This document shows positions 9,370 through 18,140 of a DNA stretch of 64,000 nt, one piece after another; position 1 is the first letter of the stretch; each line of letters opens with the position of its first letter. The DNA is from an uncultured Gammaproteobacteria bacterium (GTDB taxonomy: Bacteria > Pseudomonadota > Gammaproteobacteria > DRLM01). The notes beneath the pieces were generated by a model. That model had not been told where the DNA came from. It did not search any database and saw only the letters and a list, made by a program, of their open reading frames with translations. The DNA lies in assembly GCA_963729605.1 (NCBI GenBank), contig CAVSNY010000004.1, positions 128,001 through 192,000 on the forward strand, given 5' to 3'. The translations under genes were made by a program, and so were the position numbers.

Positions 9370-10470
9370 CTATTCAGCGTTACCCAAATTGGTGGATTGG
9401 CTGTTCAACGCGCCGCTCTGGCTCTGCGAGATGTTCTTGGCCGTGACGGTGCTGCTGGCGCTGCTCAGCAATCCGCCTTTGGCATTGCCGATCCGCAGCG
9501 ACTGGCTGTTCAACGCGCCGCTCTGGCTTTGATTGATGCCGTCCACCCGCACGTTGCTTTCAGCCTTGCCCAGCAGACCGCCGGTGGCATTGCCGATGTC
9601 CATCTTCTGCGAGTTCAACGCACCCGACTGCGATTGATTGACGTTTTTGGCGTTGACGTTGCTCTTGGCGCTGCCGATCAGCCCCGCCTGCGCGTTGCCC
9701 ACCGCCATGGATTGGCTATTCAACGCACCGCTCTGTTTCTGGTTGATGCCGTCGACTTGCACATTGGACTCGGCTTTACCCAGCAAACCGCCTTTGGCGC
9801 TGCCGATTTCCATCTTCTGCGAGTTCAAGGCGCCGCTCTGGCTTTGATTGACGTTTTTGGCGTTCACGTCGCTTTTCGCCCCGCCGATCAGGCCGGCCTG
9901 GGCGTTGCCGATCGCCATGGATTGGCTGTTCAGCGCACCGCTCTGACTTTGATTGACGCCATCGACCCGCACGTTGGATTCAGCCTTGCCCAGCAGACCG
10001 CCCTTGGCATCGCCGATTTCCATCTTCTGCGAATTCAAGGCGCCGCTCTGGTTTTGATTGACGTTCTTGGCGTTGACATCGGCCTTGGCCCCGCCGAGCA
10101 GACCGGCTTGGGAATTGCCGATCGCCATGGATTGGCTGTTCAACGCGCCGCTCTGTTTTTGATTGACGCCGTCCACTTGTACCTTGGATTCGGCACCGCC
10201 CAGCAAGCCGGCCTTGGCGTTGCCGATCTCCATCTTCTGCGAGTTCAACGCGCCCGATTGAGATTGATTGATGTTCTTGGCCTTGACATCGCTTTTCGCG
10301 CTGCCCAGCAGGCCGGCCTTGGCATTACCGACATCCATTTTCTGGGAATTCAGCGCGCCGGATTGGGATTGATTGACGCCGTCGATATCGAGATTGGTCT
10401 TGCTTTCCGCCAAGACCGCCGCCGATGACATGCTGCATAAAACAATGAAAGCACCTGTTAAAAGTTTCAT
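9370..10470 (-). CDS. Secreted protein of ten tandem 35-aa Q/N/S/G-rich repeats (candidate amyloid or beta-solenoid subunit)
   Basis: Strong RBS TAAGGAG, Sec signal peptide, then ten repeats each containing invariant QSGALNSQ. The mature part has no Pro, Cys or aromatic residues. Confidence 0.9.
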   Translation of the reverse strand: MKLLTGAFIVLCSMSSAAVLAESKTNLDIDGVNQSQSGALNSQKMDVGNAKAGLLGSAKSDVKAKNINQSQSGALNSQKMEIGNAKAGLLGGAESKVQVDGVNQKQSGALNSQSMAIGNSQAGLLGGAKADVNAKNVNQNQSGALNSQKMEIGDAKGGLLGKAESNVRVDGVNQSQSGALNSQSMAIGNAQAGLIGGAKSDVNAKNVNQSQSGALNSQKMEIGSAKGGLLGKAESNVQVDGINQKQSGALNSQSMAVGNAQAGLIGSAKSNVNAKNVNQSQSGALNSQKMDIGNATGGLLGKAESNVRVDGINQSQSGALNSQSLRIGNAKGGLLSSASSTVTAKNISQSQSGALNSQSTNLGNAE

Positions 10471-10546
10471 GATGATCTCCTTAGGGTTATGGTTTCACTT
10501 AACCAGTTAATGTTGTGTATCTCTACGGTGTCGAGCACCGCTTCCA

Positions 10547-11191
10547 TCATCCCTCGTTAGGGGATAAAGCCGGGGTAAAGGTCGACGGCACATCGGCCGC
10601 CCTGAATTGGACGCGGCGATTCTCCGCCGCATACGGGTTTTCCGGCAGCAGCGGCATAGATTTGCCGAGACCCACCACCGCCAGCGCCTGCGCTGGAATG
10701 CCGTGCCGGATGACCATGTATTGCTTCACCGCCGCGGCGCGGCGCTGCGATAGACGCAGGTTGTAATCCGCTGAACCGACCGCGTCGGTATGTCCCTCGA
10801 CCACGATGCGGGTCTGATTGCCGGCCATCTTGATTCCCTCCGCCACCGCATCCAGCGCCGGCGTCATGTCCGGCTGGATCTCGGCGGAGTTGAAAGGGAA
10901 TTGCACTTGCAGCGCGACGGCTGCGGGACTATCGATGTGCTCGGCCGCCGCCGCGGTGTCCGGCATGGGGAGGGCGGTGGACGCCGCATCGCCCAGCAAC
11001 TTCAGGCCGCGGGTCTTGGCCTTGGCGAGAGGGGCCTGATGGGGAGTGCCGAGAATCTTGGCGATATCATTCGGATTCGGCGTCTCGCCTTGGCGGTACA
11101 ACATCACCTCTCCCGCGAGGCTCGCGCCGCCGCCCAGCCAGCCGCCGATCAAGGCGGCGAAAACCAGTGAATGACGATGTTTAATGTTCAT
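10547..11191 (-). CDS. OmpA-family (C-terminal peptidoglycan-binding) protein
   Basis: Signal peptide; VQFPFNSAEI, VEGHTDAVGSADYNLRLSQRRAAAV and NRRVQF motifs. Confidence 0.93.
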   Translation of the reverse strand: MNIKHRHSLVFAALIGGWLGGGASLAGEVMLYRQGETPNPNDIAKILGTPHQAPLAKAKTRGLKLLGDAASTALPMPDTAAAAEHIDSPAAVALQVQFPFNSAEIQPDMTPALDAVAEGIKMAGNQTRIVVEGHTDAVGSADYNLRLSQRRAAAVKQYMVIRHGIPAQALAVVGLGKSMPLLPENPYAAENRRVQFRAADVPSTFTPALSPNEG

Positions 11192-11673
11192 GGTGAGCCT
11201 CGTACGTATTTACAGTTAGTCTTCGATGCCGGTGCGCCTCGCCGCCATCTCGTTTGCCGGCCGGCGGGCTCCGCGTAAATTCGTAGTCAGCTTAAGTTTT
11301 GGTATTGGCAGGTGAAATGCACTATTGCGCGGCGGTTTTGTGAAAAACTACCAATTGGCCGATCGATGATGGCCGCGCAGCATCGCAATGAGGGAGGGGA
11401 TCGGTTAAATCGCCGCTGGAAGAGGAGATGATCGATCGGATGTGGCGCGTGCTGCGCGGGGATGATGAGATCGCCGCAATGGCTGTCTGAAAAGACGAGT
11501 GAGAAAGAAAATATCTCGTTAAAACCCAAGGCACCTCTTATTAAATCCGAGGCCCTCTAAATTTCAGATTCGGGATTCTTTGAGGGATGTGGCAATAATG
11601 TGATAAACGGTATGCGCCGGGGCATGAATTAAACCGGCGTCGCCGCCTATCCGGTGATCCGTTTCGAAATGTG

Positions 11674-12168
11674 CTAGCGGACCTCGATATCTTCGCGCCC
11701 CGCGTGCGGCCCGCGCTGCGTTGCGTCCGTCAGCGGCCACGCCGCATGGTGCACGCGTCCGTTCCATTCCTGCACCGTGAGCCACAGGCGGTCGTCGGGA
11801 CTAAGCGCCTCAGGGTACGGCGCGTGGACGTGCTGGAGGTAGCGGTCGCCGTGCAGGATGCCGTCGAGCTCCGCAGGCAGCGCGGCGGGCGCGGCGCCCA
11901 CGCTCAAATAGGCCAGGCGGATGCGCTCGACGCAGCCGTCGCAGAAGCGCACGCTGAAATCCTTGTAGTAATTTTCGTCGTGCAGGTAGGGCGGCTCGGC
12001 ATCGCCGGGTGTCGGCGTCGCGGTGAACGGTCCGATCTGCCGCTCGGCCCAGGCCGGCGGAAACGTCGGATTCATCGACACGTAGAAATACCAGATCGGC
12101 GCGATGAGGAGGAGGCCGCTCGCGCGGTAGGCCCAGCGTTGCCACGGAGTGCGGGTCTTGATGTTCAT
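11674..12168 (-). CDS. Hypothetical membrane-anchored protein of the iron-uptake cassette
   Basis: Start MNIKTR with GAGG RBS, 4 nt after the PepSY-TM gene stop; one N-terminal hydrophobic helix. Confidence 0.75.
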   Translation of the reverse strand: MNIKTRTPWQRWAYRASGLLLIAPIWYFYVSMNPTFPPAWAERQIGPFTATPTPGDAEPPYLHDENYYKDFSVRFCDGCVERIRLAYLSVGAAPAALPAELDGILHGDRYLQHVHAPYPEALSPDDRLWLTVQEWNGRVHHAAWPLTDATQRGPHAGREDIEVR

Positions 12169-12172
12169 GGCG

Positions 12173-13342
12173 TCACCTCGCGACGATCGCATCGGCCGGC
12201 GGCAACGCGGCGGCGCGCGCACGTGCGGGCTTGCGCGCGCCCTGCACCGTGCGCCGGCCCCACATCAAAAAGCCGGTGATCGACATGCCGGTGAGGATCG
12301 CGCCGAACACGAACCAGATCACCTTGGTCCACAGGCCCGCGAAGGTGCCGTAATGCAGCGGGTCGGCGATGTGGGTCAGCGTCTGCAATAGATTCATCGT
12401 TGCAGGCTCGCGCTGCTCGGCGACCGCACCGGTCCACGGATTCACGAAGGCGCGGAACGAATATTGATCGAACAGCAAAAAGGCGTCGCCGCGGCCGGCG
12501 ATGCTGTAATAGTCGCGGTTGTGCTCGGGCAGCGTGACGTAGTGCGGCTCGATCGACGGCAGCGCCTGCCGCGCGGCATCGAGCGCCTGCTCGAACGGGA
12601 TGCGCGCGGGCGGAGCGCCTTCACTGATCGGCAGCGTGTCGGTCGCAATCGGCCTGACCTCTTCCCATACATCGATATGATTGTGCCAAAGTACGGCCTG
12701 CGTCAGATACCAGAAGCCGGTGAGGCCCATCACCAGCAGGAACCATAGCGACCACGCGCCCGCGAGCCGATGCAGATCGCCGAGCAAGGCGCGCGCGCCG
12801 TCGCGGGTGCGCAGCAGCGGCCGCGTATACGCGCGCCAGAAGCGTTTATACACGACCATGCCGGTGATCATCGCGGTCAACACCAGCAACGACATCGCGC
12901 TCACGAGGTAGTAGCCGACGCTGTAGCCGTCCTGCCACGGAAACAGCAGCCAGCCGTGCAGCGAGCGCATGAAGCCGATGAAGGTGAGGCCCTGGAACAC
13001 CGCCTGCACCTCGCCGGTGTATTGATTCACGTAGGCGATCGCGCCGGGCTGCTTTGCGGTCGACAGGTTCACGACGTGCACGAGATAAGGCTCGTGCACC
13101 GTCACCTGGCCGATCTCGGCGCCTGGCACCGCGCGCTCGACCGCGGCCAGCAATTCCGGCAGCGATTTTGCCGGCAGGTCGTCCGGGTTCGCGGCGCGCG
13201 CGGCGGGGTTCGTGAGCCAGGTGAGCTCGTGGCTGATCACGCTGAGCGTGCCCGTCAGGCACACGAAGCAGAACAGGATCCACACCGGCAGCGAGGCCCA
13301 GCCGTGCACCTTGAACCACAGACGACGGTTGCCGATGCGCAT
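12173..13342 (-). CDS. PepSY-associated TM helix protein (iron-regulated membrane protein)
   Basis: True start MRIGNRRLWFKVHGW; conserved His motifs LHGWLL, DLHRLAGAW, PLHYGTFAG. Confidence 0.9.
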   Translation of the reverse strand: MRIGNRRLWFKVHGWASLPVWILFCFVCLTGTLSVISHELTWLTNPAARAANPDDLPAKSLPELLAAVERAVPGAEIGQVTVHEPYLVHVVNLSTAKQPGAIAYVNQYTGEVQAVFQGLTFIGFMRSLHGWLLFPWQDGYSVGYYLVSAMSLLVLTAMITGMVVYKRFWRAYTRPLLRTRDGARALLGDLHRLAGAWSLWFLLVMGLTGFWYLTQAVLWHNHIDVWEEVRPIATDTLPISEGAPPARIPFEQALDAARQALPSIEPHYVTLPEHNRDYYSIAGRGDAFLLFDQYSFRAFVNPWTGAVAEQREPATMNLLQTLTHIADPLHYGTFAGLWTKVIWFVFGAILTGMSITGFLMWGRRTVQGARKPARARAAALPPADAIVAR

Positions 13343-13344
13343 GC

Positions 13345-15523
13345 TCAGAACCTGTAGCTCACGCTGCCGACCACGCTGCGGCGCGCACCGACGAAGCAGT
13401 CGCCGCGGGCGAGACAGGTGGTGTAGTAGGTCTCGTCCTCGAGATTGTTGACGGTAAGCGCGTAGCTCCAGTGGCCGGCGTCGTAGCCGAACATCGCGTC
13501 GAACAGCGTGTAGGACGGCGTCTTGATATTGTCGGCGCCGTCCCAGCTGTCGCCGACATAGCGCACGCCCGCGCCGGCGCGGAAGCCGTCGACGCCCGCG
13601 ATCGCGAAGCGATGCTGGCTCCACAGCGCGGCCATGTGATCGGCGACGCTCGCGAAGCGCGTACCTTCATCGACGCCGGGCGTGGCTTTGGTGACCTCGG
13701 TGTCGGTGTAGGTGTACGAGCCGATCAGATGCCAGCGCGGATTGATCTCGAGCAGGGCCTCGAGTTCGAGGCCGCGCGCCTGCGCCTCGCCGACTTGCAG
13801 CTGATTCTGCGCGTTCTGCGGGTCGGGCACGCGGCGGCTTTTCTCGACGAGATCGTAGACCGCGGCGGTCACGAAGCTGTTGCTGCCGGGCGGCTGATAT
13901 TTCACGCCGAGTTCGATCTGTTCGCCTTCGAGCGGGGCGTAGGCCTCGCCGAAGAAGTTGAGGCCGATGATGGGCTGGAAGGATTCGGCGTAGCTCACGT
14001 AGGGCGCGACACCGTTGTCGGCCTTGTACATCAGCGCGAGGCGCTTGGTCAGGACGTTGTCGGTCTGGTCGTCGGCGCCTTCGACCTTGGTGGTCGCGCG
14101 ATCGCCGCGCAGGCCCAGCACCGCGATCCAGCGCTCGTCGAACGTGAGCTGGTCCTGCACGTAGAGCCCGATCTGCTCGACGGTGTTCTTCGGATCGTCG
14201 ATGTATTGATCAGCCGTCGGCGGCGTAAAGCTGCCGTACACCGGGTTGTAGAGATTCAAGGTGCCGGCCGCGCCGTACGCCCAGCGGCGCGTGGTGACGG
14301 CGTGCTGATAGTCGAGCCCGAGGAGCAGCGTCTGCTTGAGACGGCCGCTGCCGAAGTTCGCCTGCGCCTGATGATCGGCCGTGAGGTAGTCGAGGTCGGG
14401 ATTGGCCGCCCAGAACACACGGTCGATGTCGCCGTTATCCTGCAGCAGCGGCGGGAACTGCGGATAAATCGTCTGATAATCCACCGTGCTCTGCGAATAA
14501 CGCAGGTTCTGGCGCAGGCTCCACGTATCGTCGAGTTGATACGAAACCAATGAGGTGACCGCTTGCTGCTCGGTGTCGTAGCGGTCGAAGCCGGGCTCGC
14601 TCATGAACACGTCGACCGGGATTTGCGGCAGGCCGTTGGGTGCGGGCAGCACCGTGCCCGCGTGCGGCAGGAATTGCGTCGTCGAGCCGGTCTCGTCTTT
14701 CTGAAGATTCGCGATCACCGTCCACTCGAATTTGTCATTCGGGCGCCAGGTCAGCGACGGCATCAGCGCGAGGCGATCGTCGGGGACATGCTTGACCTGC
14801 GTATCGCTATCGCGCGCGACCGCGACCGCGCGATACAGCAGCGTGCCGTCGGCATTCAGCGGGCCCGTCACGTCGAGCGCGAGCTGCTTGCGGTCGTAAC
14901 TGCCGTATTGCAGCTGCACCTCGCCATGGCGTTCGGCGAGCGGCCGCTTGCTGACGAGATTGACGAGGCACGCCGACCGTGCCTTGGCCGTACAGCACCG
15001 AGGCCGGACCCTTCAGCACTTCGATGCGCTGCAACGTGAACGGATCGGGCCGCGAACTCGCGTAGAAACCGAAGGTCTGCTGCATGCCGTCCTGGAACAC
15101 CACCGCATCGGCGCCGCGGATGATGCTCCAGTCGCCGCGGCTGTCGAGGCCATAGGGCTCACTGCGCACGCCCGCGGTGTAGCGCAGCGTATCCTGCACG
15201 TTTTGCGCGCCCTGGTCGCGCATCTGCTGATCGGTGACGACCGAGATCGACTGCGGCGTCTCGGCGAGCGGCGTGTCGGTCTTGGTGCCGGTCGCGCTGC
15301 GCTTGGCGACGTAGCCCGGCACCGGACCGGTCGCGGTCTCGTCCTGGCCGCTCTTCACCACCACCGCCGGCAGCACGCGCTCGGCGGGGGCGGCGCCGTC
15401 ATCGGCGAGGGCAGGGCCTGCCATTACCGCCGCGAGCGAGCACATGCCGCGCAGCGCGGTGGTCAGGACGATGGGACGGGGACGCGCAAGCGCGCGGCGA
15501 GAGGGCTTGGATTCTGCATTCAT
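13345..15523 (-). pseudogene. TonB-dependent siderophore receptor split by a 1-nt insertion at about 14970
   Basis: The plug (SATGTKTDTPLAETPQSISVV..RIEVLKGPASVLYGQG) and the barrel (ending VSYRF) are in different frames. Removing the A at 14970 restores GTVGGLVNLVSKRP. Confidence 0.88.
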
Positions 15524-15598
15524 TATCGGCTCCGCTAAATCATCGTTTCGAAAAAGAGCGCACGAATAAGCTGCGCGCACAATGCGGTTAGTAATATA

Positions 15599-15617
15599 AA
15601 TAGAAATAATTCTCATT
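15599..15617 (-). promoter_or_regulatory. Fur-box-like site
   Basis: AATGAGAATTATTTCTATT, an imperfect palindrome resembling the Fur consensus, in an AT-rich patch about 75 nt upstream of the siderophore receptor. Confidence 0.7.
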
Positions 15618-15734
15618 TCAATATTAATTTCACCGATCGCTCGATCCTCGCCTTTTTGCGGCGTGCATTCCGAGAGCGAGGTCGCTGCGCGGTGGGCGCG
15701 GGTGACACCCGCCGCTTTGAACTCGGTGCGCACT

Positions 15735-16321
15735 TCGGCGTGCGCGGTTTGGGCGATGATGAGATCGACTGCGAATTCGAGCAGGGGGACGGCAGCATCG
15801 GTCGGCAACGCATCAATGAGTTTGCCTGTAAGCGCGCCGGCGCCAAACCCAATTTCGTTTATCTGACCGCGAACGTCGAACAGACCCGCGGATTGATGAA
15901 AGACATCGCGATGCATATGGCCTTGCGCGGCCAGCTGGCCGATTCACCTCTCATCAGCAACGAACAGTTCAGCGCCGGCGGGGTGGACAGCGTGCGCGGT
16001 TATCTGGAATCGGAACGGCAGGGCGACAACGCGGTTCAACTCAATCTCGAGCTGCGCTCGCCGCCGCGGACGATGTCCATACTGAATAGCGTGGCGGAAT
16101 TACGCGCCCATGGATTCATCGACGCCGCCTGGTTGAATATCCGTGAGCCCTTGCCCGGTCAGGCGCGGGATTACAGCCTTGCCGGTGCCGGCCTTGGTCT
16201 GCACGCCGGTACGTCCAAAGGCGTGGGCGCCGCTGTGGATTTGGCGTGGGCCCTGGAGGATGGCAGCGACACGCAAAAGGGGGATATGCGCTGGCATTTT
16301 TCGCTGGATTATAAATTCTAG
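15735..16321 (+). pseudogene. 3' fragment of a second ShlB/FhaC-type (TpsB) transporter
   Basis: LISNEQFSAGGVDSVRGYLE (VRGY loop-6 motif) and terminal HFSLDYKF. No POTRA domain or signal peptide; the 5' boundary is approximate. Confidence 0.8.
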
Positions 16322-17159
16322 AACTTATCTCAAAATTGATTTTAAGAGTATTCGCCCCATATGACGCCTATGAACATTGATTATTTCCCGAGAAATATTG
16401 ATATGGAGCGCAAACGGTTAACCGGCTTGAAGCCTATATCCCAATTTTGAGATAGGCTCTATTTACCCATTTTTTACATCTAAACTTCGTATCGTTAGCA
16501 TTTATCACTACAGGCCATCTCTCTTTTGCACGCATCCGCTTTCCGTCACTCCCACGACGGGCCCCCTTAGATCACGCGCCCGCGGTCTCCGCGCTTTTTC
16601 TTCATCTTCGATCGCCTATGGCTTTGTCCTTTGCCGCAAAGATTGACTATATTGACCAGCGTTGGATTTGTCGGATTGTTTCTTTATGGGATCTGAAAAT
16701 TTGGGTCATGCGCTCATTCAAGGATGAGGCGGTTGTTGATCGATGAATGACCATGACCCGTGAAAGGCTGACCTGCGCGCAGTTTTTCATCGCTCCGTGG
16801 GCTGTTTTTTCCGCGCATCTCGATGCGTTGCAGCATGGAGAGTAGGGCGGGGCCTTGATCTCGTTGATGGGCATGTCCCCGATTAATGAGAACACCACTT
16901 GCGCCCCAATGGCATGTTGTGGAGAGCTTATTTTATTGAACTTCTGGCCTTTCTTGGGCTGCACTGGTATTCGGTAGGGGAGGTCAATTGATCCCGGGCC
17001 GTATTAAAACTACTTCCGCGACCACAATTTAAAATGTAGAGTGGTTCGAGTAGCCGATTGCTGTCGATCACCGATCGCTTTCGGAGAGAATAACCATTCT
17101 GCCAGGCCGCGTTGAGCGAATAATTGTTGGCGTCTGGCATAACGAAGAAAAATAATCGT

Positions 17160-18140
17160 ATGGATGATATTTCGCCTAGTGACCTAAAAAGCATTTTGCA
17201 TTCGAAGCGCGCCAATATTTATTATCTACAACACTGTCGCGTGTTGGTGAATGGCGGTCGGGTGGAGTATGTCACTGACGAGGGTAAGTCTTCCCGTTAC
17301 TGGAACATTCCGATCGCCAATACCACCTGCATCCTATTGGGAACCGGCACATCCGTCACCCAGGCCGCGATGCGCGAATTAGCGAAGGCCGGCGTGTTGG
17401 TCGGTTTTTGCGGTGGCGGCGGCACGCCGTTGTTCAGCGCCAATGAAGTGGATGTGGAGGTCGCCTGGTTATCGCCACAAAGTGAATACCGGTCCACCGA
17501 ATACCTTCAAAACTGGGTGCGATTCTGGTTTGATGATGCGCTGCGCCTTGAAGCAGCCAAACGTTTTCAGCAGGCGCGACTGCAACGTGTGGAGCAGCAG
17601 TGGCTGAACAGCCGTCCTCTCCGTGAGGCAGGCTTTGATATATCGCGCAATCTGCTCAAATCCTTGCTGGAACGTACCGCAGCTGCCATTGAAGTCGCGC
17701 CCAGTACCAATGATCTGCTCACCCTTGAAGCCCGTTTGACCAAGGATCTTTTTAAAATCGCCGTCCGCACGGTAGGGTATGACGACGAGTTTACCCGCGC
17801 TAAAAATGGCACGGGCTCTGATCCAGCCAATCGCTTTCTCGATCACGGCAATTACCTTGCTTACGGACTTGGCGCCACGGCTACGTGGGTATTGGGACTG
17901 CCTCATGGTTTGGCGGTGCTGCACGGAAAAACACGGCGTGGCGGTTTGGTGTTTGATGTTGCGGATCTGGTGAAGGATGCCACGATCCTGCCGCAGGCGT
18001 TTATCTCCGCCATGGCCGGACACGATGAACAGGAATTCCGCCAAGCCTGTATAGAAGGACTGACCCGCAGCGAATCTCTCGACTTCATGATCGACACCCT
18101 GAAGGTGATTGCATCGGAGTTGGGAGATAAGCCTCGATGA
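17160..18140 (+). CDS. cas1: Type I-F CRISPR-associated endonuclease Cas1
   Basis: MDDISPSDLKSILHSKRAN.., YWNIPIANT, NRFLDHGNYLAYG, HGKTRRGGLVFDVAD. Confidence 0.98.
   Translation: MDDISPSDLKSILHSKRANIYYLQHCRVLVNGGRVEYVTDEGKSSRYWNIPIANTTCILLGTGTSVTQAAMRELAKAGVLVGFCGGGGTPLFSANEVDVEVAWLSPQSEYRSTEYLQNWVRFWFDDALRLEAAKRFQQARLQRVEQQWLNSRPLREAGFDISRNLLKSLLERTAAAIEVAPSTNDLLTLEARLTKDLFKIAVRTVGYDDEFTRAKNGTGSDPANRFLDHGNYLAYGLGATATWVLGLPHGLAVLHGKTRRGGLVFDVADLVKDATILPQAFISAMAGHDEQEFRQACIEGLTRSESLDFMIDTLKVIASELGDKPR

Noticed and set aside
9310-10428. 372-aa plus-strand repetitive ORF
   Set aside because: Antisense shadow of the repeat protein, which has the RBS, signal peptide and operon context.
11306-11321. 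Sigma54-like TGGCAGGTGAAATGCA upstream of the ompA-family gene
   Set aside because: It faces away from the minus-strand operon and no plus-strand gene follows.
16322-17159. Short ORFs upstream of cas1 (16647-16964, 16928-17215) as possible anti-CRISPR, toxin or regulator
   Set aside because: No recognisable motif, RBS or HTH, and one overlaps cas1 antisense. I also saw no degenerate CRISPR repeat here.
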